A stretch of 63,468 bases of DNA, counting the filler, from Ministeria vibrans ATCC 50519 (Eukaryota > Protista > Filasterea), in the NCBI GenBank assembly GCA_943704425.1. It is 4 parts of 4 records of this genome, joined end to end, with 100 filler letters (N's around TTAATTAATTAA, not from the genome) between each part and the next. Parts side by side here need not be neighbours in the genome. Positions count along the whole stretch, not along the records: positions 1 to 31,078 come from CALSCP010000313.1; positions 31,179 to 57,484 come from CALSCP010002859.1; 2 more parts are not named here. One strand, written 5' to 3'. The notes under the pieces are model-generated. The model searched no databases and was not told the DNA's origin. It saw nothing but the letters and a program-made list of their open reading frames with translations. Every line of letters starts with the position of its first letter. The stretch's first letter is position 1. This document shows positions 25,529 to 36,784 of the stretch, in pieces. The translations under genes and the position numbers were made by a program.

Positions 25529-25657
25529 CTGTACATCAATCAGTAAAAATTAATAAAAAAAAGTGTGATGTTGCTGTATTTTTTTTGAAGCGACAGTCAG
25601 GGAGATGTAGAGAAAAAAAAAAAGAGAGATGGAGAATGAGGAAAAATAATAATAAAA

Positions 25658-26169
25658 TTACGCAGCAAGCCCCTTTGACACGAAAATGTCATTAATCTTT
25701 TCGAAGGCCACAATCTGGGGGAGCGAGGAGTGAGTGGGAGATGAAGGAGGCAACAAAAAAGAGTACCTGGTCCTGTTCCGAGAGGGAGCGGAAGATGGCA
25801 GTGATACTGGCGACAGTAGCGGCACTGCTCGCCACAAAGGTGGAGTGGTAGACAAAAGCAAAGGTCGCCATAAGGTACTGGCAGTCGAAGCGGTCGGTCA
25901 GTCCACCGTGGCCCGGGATGGTGTCGCCAAAGTCCTACATGGGCATATGAGTGTGTGTGTGTGTGTGAATGAGTGGGGAAAATGAACGTACTTTGATTTT
26001 GAAGGCACGTTTGAAACCCGACGCGAAGAAGCCGCCAAATGGAGCAATGATGGAGGCAAAAACGGCCAAGACGAGCGAGTGGAGCTGGATGGGGAGCATA
26101 GTGACTGTGCGCATGTCAAAGCCCATCTAAAATAGTGGGAGAGAAAGAAACAAAGCGAGAGAGAAAGAA

Positions 26170-26210
<41 letters not shown>

Positions 26211-28489
26211 GGAAAGGAGAAAGAAACAAAGTGATAGAGAGAGAAAGGGAAAGAAACCAAATGATAGAGAAAGAGAGGGGGAAGGAGAGAGAGAGAGAGG
26301 GAAAGCAGAAAGAAACAAAGCGATAGAGAGAGGGAAAGGAGAAAGAAACAAAGTGATAGAGAGAGAGAGGGAAAGGAGAAAGAAACAAAGTGATAGAGAG
26401 AGGGAAAGGAGAAAGAAACAAAGTGATACAGAGAGAGGGAAAGGAGAAAGAAACAAAGTGATAGAGAGAGAGGGAAAGGAGAAAGAAACAAAGTGATAGA
26501 GAGAGAGGGAAAGGAGAAAGAAACAAAGTGATAGAGAGAGGGAACGGAGAAAGAAACAAAGTGATAGAGAGAGAGGGAAAGGAGAAAGAAACAAAGTGAT
26601 AGAGAGAGAGGCACACAGAGAGAAACAGAGTGAGAGAGAGAAAAGATAAATTGGAGAAAGAAAAGGAAATAACAACAAAATAATTAATGTCTTAGAAATA
26701 AGTACTATAAGGTCGTACGAGAAAGAGAACGTCCGAGATGGGTTCGGGGACCACAAAGTTGGCGGGCTGGTAGAGGAGGCTGGGTGAGCAAGACATGGGG
26801 GTTGCAGAGGCCACGACATCGGTGATAGGGCAGGTGAAGTAAGGGAACTGCGACAGCCATTTGGACAGCTAGAGAGAGAAGGAAATAATATAAGAGAGAA
26901 AGAGCGGCACGGGTCGCGAGCGTACGAAGAAAGCAAATGCGACGGTGGAAAAGAATGCGCCAATGAAGCCCTCCCAGGTCTTCTTCGGAGACAGCTGGAT
27001 GAGACGTGTGCGTCCAAAGAAGAAGCCAAACATGTACGCCATAATGTCGTTGCAGATGACAAACGAGACGGGCAGAAGAAACCTGATGTGGAAGGAGGAG
27101 AGCGGATCAGAGAGATCAACGAAAGAGACTGGGACACGTACCAGATGAAACCCTGGAAGATGTTGTACACGACAAACTGCGACTGGGTCACAATGATCAT
27201 TAGAGTGATGTGTGTCCATGCAAATTGACCTGAAAAACGCAGTTTGAGAGGTGCAATAAAATTTTAAACGAGAATATTAGGATGAAAATAGTCTAGGAAA
27301 ACACCAAGCAATAGAGAGAAAAAACAAAGAGAAATAGACAAAGTGATAAAGACAAAGAGAAAGAGACAAAGTGAAAGAAACAAAATGATAGAAACAAAGT
27401 GATGAAGTGATAGAAACAAAGCGATAGAAAAAAGTGAGAGAAACAAACGTGTGTGTGAGAGAGGGGAGGCGACAATTAAAAAAGACTATTACCAAATTGG
27501 AACTTGTAGTGACCCTTTTTGAGGGAGAGCACAAACAGAACAAAGCCCGTCATGTAGAAGATGAAGGAGACAAATTTGTGCTTGGAAATGGCCTCCTGTA
27601 GAATGTTACTGCGCGGGAATGACGGCAGCACAAACAGCTCGAGGACTGTGTGGCCGTAAAAGTAGTAGTTGGAAGCAAACAAAAAGTACCTAACAAGCAG
27701 ATGAACAGAATATGAGTGTTGCTTGGCTTATGTGACCTGGCTGCTCACCAATTGAGCGTTCGGAACCAGGGGAGCTTCTTTTCCTTGGAAATGACGTGTC
27801 CAATGGAAATGATCTCTTTAAAGCACATCATTTGCACAAAGAGGATCTGAGGGTGCACAGTAGTTTGCATGAGTTGTGCGATATTGTGAATGCGGCTGTG
27901 ACTCTTACGAGACACATCAGAGCGGGAGGGCCAAGCCAGATGACACCGGCAAACCCACCAATCATGATAATGGTGAAGAAGCCTCGAATGCACCTGCGAG
28001 AGACGAGAGGCGAGTGGGATGGGGAGTGGAGTGAGTTTTTCTCGGACACGCCATCGGCTCCGTTCGACCGAGTGCATTTTGATCCCTTTCGCAGCAAGAT
28101 ACCACCCGTTGTTTGCTTACCAGTCACGCCAGTTGCGCTTCTTCACCACGACGACGGGCGGATCGGGGTCCTGACGCGCGAGATGTCGATGAGAATGGCA
28201 AAAAGTCGGTTGTTGACGCAAGCAGTTATTTTTTTTAGAGTGAGAGAAAGAGAGAGTTATACAAAAATATATACATATGTTGTGCGTGCCTGCGCACGTC
28301 GCCATGTCATACAACACACGGGTATTGAAATGCGCGGGGATAGGTGCGGATATTCGCGATGGAAGCAGAGGGAGAGAGGGCGAAAGAGAAAAAAGTTCAG
28401 TCTTGTTTTTGAGTTACCCGTTCGGCTTCGCTTGCGCTCGCATCTCCGTCCGAAGTCACGTCTTTGCTCACTCTTCGACTGGCACCCAT
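25658..28489 (-). CDS. CDS1: Phosphatidate cytidylyltransferase (CDP-DAG synthase CDS1/2 family), ~11 exons
   Basis: [85 protein letters not shown]|[19 protein letters not shown]. Confidence 0.93.
26140..26640. repeat. Intronic tandem minisatellite, about 10 copies of a 33-37 bp unit (GGGAAAGGAGAAAGAAACAAAGTGATA(GA)n)
   Basis: Near-identical units differing mainly in the number of GA dinucleotides. Confidence 0.92.
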
Positions 28490-28551
28490 TAGTAACAAGC
28501 AATATCAACAAATTAAATTAATCATTATTTCAAATTTTCAACGAAGATCTG

Positions 28552-28748
28552 ATGCTCACCCTCAACAACCGCAAATCGCCCACAAATCGCCATACTACAT
28601 CACTGCTCGCGACCACCCGAACCGAATCTTGGACAAGAAGAACAGGTACCTGTACATCCTCCATGCCCGCACCCACATCATCCCCGACAAGGACACATGC
28701 GATGAGATCTTTGAAGACCTTTGTAATAAGAGTTTAGTGTCTCTGTAA
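28552..28748 (+). pseudogene. Small ORF disrupted by an 11-nt tandem duplication
   Basis: ATG at 28552 reads MLTLNNRKSP. CAAATCGCC occurs at 28572 and again at 28583. Removing 11 nt joins the start to the C-ending-codon-rich frame YYITARDHPNRILDKKNRYLYILHARTHIIPDKDTCDEIFEDLCNKSLVSL*. Confidence 0.35.
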
Positions 28749-29121
28749 CAATAAACTTTTGCACGAAAATAGACCCAAAAAATATGAATAATTAATCTCA
28801 ACTCTCAATGAAGAGCAATATGTGAAAAAAAAATCATTTTTTAGGAACATTCTCGTCTAGAAGTCTATCGAGGAAGTTGCACTACTTTTTGTGTTGTATA
28901 TAATCCTGTTTTGACAATAGTACAATCTCTACTCTTCAACATAATATTTTCATATTGATTCTTTTTTTTCTCATATCAACTGCAGTGTATCGTACTGTTC
29001 ACTGCTGTTCGTTAATAGTTATCGCGGTTCTACCAGAGGGTGAAAAGAATTGTGAAAAGAAAATTGTGAAATAGGATTGGTTGTAATAAGGAGAAATGGA
29101 ATGAAAAAAAAGGGATACAGT

Positions 29122-30760
29122 TCATTGTCTCTCTTCGAGATGAAGCGTGCCCGAGACCATGCTCACCTCGTCGTCCTCATCGTCCCTACACATCGCATTT
29201 GAATAAGACACCCAACGGTTCACAGTCCACTCTCAATTAGTTCCGTTTGTCTCGATCAGCGGCAGTGCATTTCTTTTCTCAGTCTCTTTCGTTCTTACCG
29301 TGCGCTGAGGAGCTCATTTGCCATGACGTGAGTCTCGTCGACAGCCCTCTGGTGTCGCATCTTCCACGACCTCCAACACGACTCGTCCTGCACCGTGTTG
29401 AGCCTGAAGAAGGGCTTGAGGTACTTGTTGTCGAGCATGAGCCACTGTTTGCCCACTTTGGTTTCCTGCTCCAGTGTCTGCGACAGCTTCTGCATGTTGC
29501 GATCGCGCCTCTCGAGGTCATCAAACTCGTACTGGTGGTCTCCATCGTCGTGGACGCCCACCTGCACGCGGCAGCCATGACAAGGGAGTGTTAGGAGCAA
29601 TGACGTGACAAAACAACCATAGTCATACCTTGATGTGCAACTTCTCCATCACCAGCGACGTCATTCCGCCAAAGAGGAGCACTGTGAAGATGATAATAGC
29701 CAGTGTCGTCGACAAAACCAGCTGATGCGGAAAGTCCGATGTGTTTGACATGGCCAATGAGAACGCAATAGCCCCACGAAGACCTAAACACGAATAATGA
29801 GAATAAAATTGACAATCAATGTCCGATCTTTTTCACACTGTCACACAACACACACACACACACACACACACTCTCTCTCTCTCTCTCTCTCTGTTGACTT
29901 ACCCGACCACATGAGCATTGCCTGGAACGCAGGTGAAATGCGGAAGGAAGGTTTGCGGAAGCGGTTGATGACCCATGTAAGGGGCAGCACGTGAACTGCC
30001 CGTGAAATGGTCATTGCTACAATCGCAACAGCTGTTTGAAACACCCACAAAAAAAAGGTAAAATTAATTTTGAGATAGTAATACTCATAATAATAATAAA
30101 ATTAATTATAATTATTATAATAATAATAATAATAATAATTATTATTATTATTATTTTTAGTCTACCGATGAATCCAAAGTTCCACTGGTGGTTCTGGAAG
30201 GTGAAGAGCGACAGACCAAGGTAGACAAAAATGAAGTTTTCAGCCAGAAAGTTGAGCAGGCCAAAAAGATCCTTGGTGAGTTTCTTGGAGGGATCGCTCA
30301 GATTGTAAAATGTGTAGTGGGCCTGAGTCATGCCACAGAAGAGCACAGCGACAATGCCTGAAAGACCCACACTCTCGGCAAGCAGATAGGACGCGTAGGA
30401 GAAGCACACAAACATGCCGGCCTCGAGCTGAGGGTATTCGCGCAGCGTCGAGTGTTTGAGCACGAGAGCACAGACCATGCCCACGACTACACCAACACAC
30501 AGCGACCCCACAAATACCGCCACAAACACCGACACAGCCCTAATCTCAAGCATGAGATGGGATTTTCTTTTTCTTTTCTTTTCGGGAACCTTACTTGAGA
30601 ATGCTTCCGGCCGACGGGTCATTGTCTAGACCCGGCTTGAAGAGCAACACAGACCGGTACAGCACAATGGCCACTGCGTCGTTCAGAATCGACTCACCAA
30701 ACACCAGCGCATACAAGTCCACGTCCGCGTGCAAGTCGTGGAAAATCGCAAGCACAGTCA
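29122..30760 (-). CDS. Endosomal Na+/H+ exchanger (SLC9A6/7/9, NHX1-like), 3' part only
   Basis: [83 protein letters not shown]|LRGAIAF and [12 protein letters not shown]. The 5' part is missing at the gap near 31079. Confidence 0.9.
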
Positions 30761-31180
30761 CTACCGCACAGGAAACAAAACAAAAAAAAATCATGACAGG
30801 ATAATAATTAAGAAGAAGAAGAATACAACCCATTTATATAATTATAATAACAATAATAATAATAATAATGAGAGAAAAAAAAATGAATGATAATGTGATA
30901 TGGGGCGCCTGTAAGTCGCTGAGCCTTCTATGCGCCTATGCGGCGCCGCAGCCCAGTGAAGGAACCGAAATCATATGGTTTCTTTGTGCTCTTTATCAAA
31001 ATTGATAAAATGAAATTCTTTGGGTCGAACCGAGTACGTAACAATACTTACGGATCATCCAAGTACCCAAATTTGACTNNNNNNNNNNNNNNNNNNNNNN
31101 NNNNNNNNNNNNNNNNNNNNNNTTAATTAATTAANNNNNNNNNNNNNNNNNNNNNNNNNNNNNNNNNNNNNNNNNNNNCC

Positions 31181-31214
<34 letters not shown>

Positions 31215-31240
31215 TTCACTGGTTTTGTATGACTCGTCAG

Positions 31241-32199
31241 GTGCTCTACGATGCAATTCTCTCGGGCGACAAGAACCTTGCGCTGTTCTGCATTGCGGCG
31301 TCCCTGCCCCGCGATATTGCGTCACTTGACTCGCAGACGGGGCTTACGGCTCTCCATGCGGTGGCGCACAAGGGCGATATTGCTTGGGTGCAGCTCCTTC
31401 TTTGGGTAATGACATTGTCTTCCTTTCTCTCTTTTTTTTTCTTTCTTTCCTCTTTTTTTTCTCATTTTATTATTATTGTTATTATTTTTATCATTAGTAT
31501 GGTGCCAATGTGGACCAGCGCTCCGACTCGCTTATGACTGCGTATGATATGGCAATGGAGGAAGGTCATCAGGCTATTGCCAATCTACTTGTGCGCAATG
31601 GGTACGTCGCAAGCACGACACCTAATGTCAAGTCGCCGTCCACGCGCAGTGCCAGCACCACTGGCAGCGCCCCCTCGACCCCTGCTTCTGTTTCTGCTCC
31701 TACCGCCACTTCGGCCACTAACCTGCCTGCGGCGCGTCTCGCGAGCGATGCGTCGCTCTCGCCCGTACTTGGTGACTCTGCATCAGCAGCGAAGCCACGT
31801 AATGTGCGCTACGCTCCCATCTTGGTCGACAATGCCGAGTCCTCGGTCAACCCTGCGCTTGCTTCTGCCACGACGACGCACGGCCTCTCAGAGTTTACCA
31901 GTGGACTTGAATTGAACGCGCACGACGACGACCGCCACCACACTAGCCGCCATGCGTCGGCCTTGGACCACAACCGCTCTCACTCTCCCACCTCCTCACT
32001 GGGCGCCGTAGCCACCGCAGCAAGACAGCGAAGTCAGCCCTCTTCGCCCACACCAGTCACATTATCAACAGCCTCATCATCCACTTCGAACCCCACCATA
32101 GTGCTTGACGACGACACGCCTATCTCTGTGTCCACGCACGAGGGTGTCGCCTCCCCTCCCTCGTCACCGCACACGCGTCTCTTGCAGACGCAGCTGTGA
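31241..32199 (+). CDS. 3' end of an ankyrin-repeat protein resembling AGAP/centaurin-gamma ArfGAPs (partial)
   Basis: GLTALHAVAHKGDIAWVQLLLW|YGANVDQRSDSLMTAYDMA...ANLLVRNG resembles the AGAP ankyrin tail (TALHLA...QLLIWYG). A Ser/Thr/Pro-rich tail follows. The 5' part is lost in the gap. Confidence 0.65.
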
Positions 32200-32374
32200 A
32201 ATCACGCACTCCCTTGCCTAACTAAACTATGCCCAACAACAAAACGAAGAGAGAGCGACAAATCGAGAGAAAGAGAGAGAAAAAGAAAAGAGCGAATTCT
32301 AATACACATCACAAAAGTAAAATTGTAGCACACAACCTGAGACGAAACAGAATGATGAAGTAGTATTTACAAAT

Positions 32375-32768
32375 TTATATTTGCAGACCCTCCCGATAAA
32401 GAGTGGATTGGATCGTGCAGAGAGGCTCAATGTCACAGTCGCGCGGCAACAGTCCATTGACAATCACCAGTTGAAATGCAAACTTTTTCATCTTCTTTTG
32501 TGACATAGTCTGACGGAGAAACTCAACTTGAGACGAAAGAGTCGTTGAAGGGTCAGACGTTATGAGTTTGGCCATTCGTATCGGTTTGTGTGACGGGTCA
32601 AGCACAATCAGTTTGCGTGTCACTTGAACATTGGCTCCGCGCTTGGGAATTATTTCCATTCCCGCTATCAGTCGACTGAGAAAGGATCAAAAAAGAGAGA
32701 GTGTGTGTAAGTGGTGCAGACAAAATCAAGCAAAAGAAAAACGACAATATGTCATCGCGTGATTGATA

Positions 32769-32824
<56 letters not shown>

Positions 32825-33421
32825 TATCTCCCTCCTTTCTCCCTTCGTTCTCTTTGTCTCTCACTTTGTTTCTTTCTGCCTCTCTCTCCCTCCTTTCTCG
32901 TTCTGTCTCTCATGCATTCGATTTTTTCTCCGTCTCACCTGTGCCCCTGATGCTGCATATAAATTGGAAAAGGCCGAGGTGTGACAGGCGCACCGGTGAG
33001 TGCGTCAAAAAAGTAACGCTCACACCAGTCATAGAGTGCCGAGTGGACACCCAGCTCATCGTGACCCACAAACTCGACAATGTGTGTGCGAATGCGCAGG
33101 TGTGTGAGAAGAGTGTATGCCTCGGGTGTACCAATGCGTGCCGCAGTGTTCACTATAGTCCCGCCTAACTCAGTAGGCCCATTCGGGTCAATCCCTACAA
33201 CATTAAAATAACAAAGTTACTATCGAAAAAATCCACAACTAATCAGCGTAGCTGAAGACGACCCTCTCTCTCTCTTTCTCTCTCTCTCTATCACTTTGTA
33301 TCTTTCTCCCTCCTCTCTCTCTCTCTATCACTTTGTATCTTTCTCTCTCCTCTCTCTCTCTATCACTTTGATTCTTCTCCCTCCCTCCTCTCTCTCTCTC
33401 TATCACTTTGTATCTTTCTCC

Positions 33422-33478
<57 letters not shown>

Positions 33479-34564
33479 CTCCTCCTCCTCCTCCTCCTCT
33501 CTTCAGGCTTGTGATCACTCACCCTCGGCCCACCCCGCCTCAATGAGCCTCTGAAGCGTGACAATGTCCGGCACGCCCCGAACACATCCGCGCTCTTCAA
33601 GTCGGTCGCGCAGCCCATCGCTGCTCTGCCACAGCGACGAAAGCACCATTTGTAGGTTACAATAGCCACAACCCCATCCCCGATCACCAAAGCTACAAAA
33701 GCGATTGTCATTTTGTGCATGTATAGTGTCTTCTACTTTGTCGGCGATACAACGTACTCCGCTCCAAAATGGTCCGTGGGCCGTACAAGTGCGAATTTGA
33801 CCAGCATTGTCTTCGCACGGAAGTAACTGTCGAGCCACTCGATAACGTGAGGTGTGCGGCTCTCTGGAAGAGCACGCTGGTCGCGCAGACTCACGTTCAT
33901 CGCCTCAATCATCTCGTCGGCGCGACTCCCGTCCAAGCGAGCCGCTTGAACTGCACAAAGCGAGACAACCGTGAGACCACTCTACGCCGACACATTTCTG
34001 CGTATACCTTCGCGATGCACATTCAGAACGTACTGTTCTCGATACCCGGGGCGGCCCAGATGCCCGCGGTCGTCCCATTCCCACGGCTTCTCGTCTTGCG
34101 TTGCGCGTCGCTCGTCCGTCCGTCGACCCTGACGAAACTCACTCGCCAGCTGTCGCGCCACCTTCTCATCGTCGCTCACACTCGCCCCTGCAGTAGAACC
34201 ACTGGCTTCCGTTCGACTGGGGCGCCACGCTGCATCGGACTCGGCGAGCTGTCGCGCCAGTGCGGCGTCCTCGTCGTGCGTCGATGACGACTGAGAGATC
34301 ACAACAAAGAACGGACATATCAGCAAAAGAGAGAGAGATACGGCAAAGGGAGAAGACTACGTGTGTTAGCTGTCGAGCGAGCTCAGCGTCAGCCGCTTGC
34401 GTGTCCTGATCTAAACCAAATCGGATGTTGGGTTGAGTTTGAAATTTGACCCATTTTTCCCTCTTACTCAAAGATGCTTCAAACGTGTGCAGCTCAAGAT
34501 GTTCGGCAAGCAGAGCAATATCGCTAAATGTGCTCCCGCACAAAGAACACGATTGCGATTCCAT
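32375..34564 (-). CDS. ZUP1: ZUFSP/ZUP1 K63 deubiquitinase (peptidase C78) with C2H2 finger and MIU motifs
   Basis: CSLC...HLELH finger, three MIU-like motifs (DAELARQL, DAALARQL, DEKVARQL), catalytic DRGWGCGYCNLQM, LQRLIEAGWAEG, PIYMQHQGH|SR and LIVLDP. Confidence 0.88.
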
Positions 34565-35370
34565 ACGACGGAGTAGGAAAGTAAACGTGAAGGAAATAGT
34601 TTGGTTTGGTGTGTTTGTTTTGAACTGACTATGATTATGAATATCTGAATAAAGAGTAATAAAATGCTTAAACCATCACGGCAAAGTAACTCTTTAATTA
34701 ATCGCGAAACGGCATTTATGACCCTCCGACGCGTGACAACTACTAATTTCTAATAGAGTGGGCCGGTGGGATGGGTGTCTGGGCGTCTGGGGGCTGTCGG
34801 AGAAGTGTTACCCCTCGCTTAGCCAAGAAAGCGGTTAATTGGACATTTTTGGTTTGATTCGCCCTGAATCTATGGACTATGGCTTCAGTAGGTGTACTGG
34901 GTGTCTGGGTCAAACGTCTGAACGACACCATATGATAACCAAATACTTCCGTACGTGATACAACCCATTTTTACATATAATAATACAGACAGGACTTCGA
35001 CAGGACACCAAGAGGGGACAGTTATTGAAGCGCACTCAAGCGCTACAGTGCACGTATGCTAAAGGTATGGATCATCCATGAGAACAATGGGTCAATGGCA
35101 AGTCAGAGGTGCATGGCATTCATAGCCCAGTGAGGCAATCGTGTGTATTCCCCACCCAGCAAGGGCAGAGGGGGCTTACGGAGTATTCCTATGTGACCTT
35201 AAAAGGACTTGGAAAGTACAAACAAATGGGTGACTGTGTGTGGCCTTGACTCACTCAGACACTCTGAGGTACTCGCCCCTTCACCCGCTTGAGATGTTTG
35301 GGTTATGGGTGGAATCTGACTAATACTCTAAAAAAAAAAAAAAAAAAAAGTTTTACTCTTTTTCATCGCC

Positions 35371-36438
35371 ATGAGCGAGCCGCGACCGCAATCTTCGGCC
35401 GCGGTCGCGCGAACGACTGATACGTTTACGAACCAAGTAGATGTGCCCGAAGCGAAAGGATCCCGCGCGAAAATGCCAATTTTTCTGAGCGAGTTTTTCT
35501 CGTTGCATGAAAACGGCAACGTTGGATGCAACTGGCCCGTGGCAGGCGGAAAGGCGTGCTGCTCGCCGGGGTTCGACGGGGAGAGTGTGAGTGAGCACTT
35601 CTACTTCCATCATCCGACAAGTCAGTACCGTCTTTGGTGTGTTTTGTGCGAGCGAAATGTCGACCCGACACAGCTCAAGCGCCATCTTGCCTCACGCCAC
35701 TCTGGCGTGTTCACGCCTGCCGCTCTGGCCGCCGAGCCACACGGCGACAAGGGCTGGAAGACGATCTATTCCGACTGCGTGCGTGGGGTGCTGAAGAGGA
35801 AGAGAGCGCAAGAAGAAGCGGAAAAGGAAGAGGAAGAACTGGACGTTGTGGGCTACGACGAAGCCAACGCGCTGCGGGCTGAGGCGGAAATTGAGGCGGA
35901 AATTGAGAAGCTGTGGCATGGAGGAAGCGAAGAGGTGCCGTCTGGGTTTGATGAGTGGCTGCAGAGAGCACGGGCGGAGAAGAGACGCAGAGAAGAAGAA
36001 GAAGGGAGTGGAAGAGCGGACGACGCCGACAACGCCCCAATCGACACGCTCTTTGAAAAGGTCGGAAATGGGCGGTTCAAGTGCCGAGTGAAAAGAACGG
36101 TGACCGGGGAGGTGTGTGACACGGGCCCATTTGTAAAGAGCAAGGTGGCACAGCACTTTGGCGAGTACCATCCGCTGAGTGTGCACCGCGTCCGCTGTGC
36201 CCTCTGCGATGTGAACGTCAGCGCCACAAACAGTCTTTCAGCTCATCTGCGGACCAGACACGCTCGCCAATTCCCCACAACCGCCCGTGGGTCTGTATGG
36301 CGCAGTGACTACGCTGAGTGTGTGCGCGAGCGACTGTGTCTTGAGGGACTCAGTGCCAGAGCTATCGAAAAGGAACTCAAAATCCTCTGGGACCATCAGA
36401 AGGTCCCTCCCCAGTTCCACAGATGGGCTGTACAATAG
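35371..36438 (+). CDS. Intronless 355-aa protein with two copies of a double zinc-finger module (BED/C2H2-like)
   Basis: Long clean ORF with exon-like composition. Copy 1: CNW..C..HFYFHHP..CVLC..HLASRH..W..YSDCVR..LW..VP..F..W. Copy 2: CRV..C..HFGEYHP..CALC..HLRTRH..W..YAECVR..LW..VP..F..W. Confidence 0.75.
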   Translation: MSEPRPQSSAAVARTTDTFTNQVDVPEAKGSRAKMPIFLSEFFSLHENGNVGCNWPVAGGKACCSPGFDGESVSEHFYFHHPTSQYRLWCVLCERNVDPTQLKRHLASRHSGVFTPAALAAEPHGDKGWKTIYSDCVRGVLKRKRAQEEAEKEEEELDVVGYDEANALRAEAEIEAEIEKLWHGGSEEVPSGFDEWLQRARAEKRRREEEEGSGRADDADNAPIDTLFEKVGNGRFKCRVKRTVTGEVCDTGPFVKSKVAQHFGEYHPLSVHRVRCALCDVNVSATNSLSAHLRTRHARQFPTTARGSVWRSDYAECVRERLCLEGLSARAIEKELKILWDHQKVPPQFHRWAVQ

Positions 36439-36784
36439 AGTTTGTGTGCGTGTGGAGAGAGAAAGAGATAAGAGAGATAGAGAGATAGAGAGAGTCTGTA
36501 TCATAATAACGGAAAGAGCTCTTTTTGATTCAGATCCCTAAGATCCCCAAAACAATATATTAATACTTTTTAGAGACTCTTACTACTTTTTAACGATTCT
36601 CTATAATTATATTTTTTTTCTTATTAGTATTGAGAAATTAATAATATTATAATACGTATTATTACATTCATTATTATTGATATTGTTTCGTTTGTCAAAG
36701 AAAAGTCCAAAGTACACCCAAAACAAACTCAAAAAAAACAGTCACATAAATTTTGAAATTTGAACTAAACCCCTGCATAGTTTA

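Noticed and set aside
25898-27200. Long SLSLCFFLL-type ORFs in the ORF track
   Set aside because: These are translations of the stop-poor intronic minisatellite.
31079-31178. N-run, TTAATTAATTAA, N-run (also at 57485-57584 and 61638-61737)
   Set aside because: Artificial scaffolding linker with stops in all six frames. It is not biological, and adjacency across these gaps is unverified.
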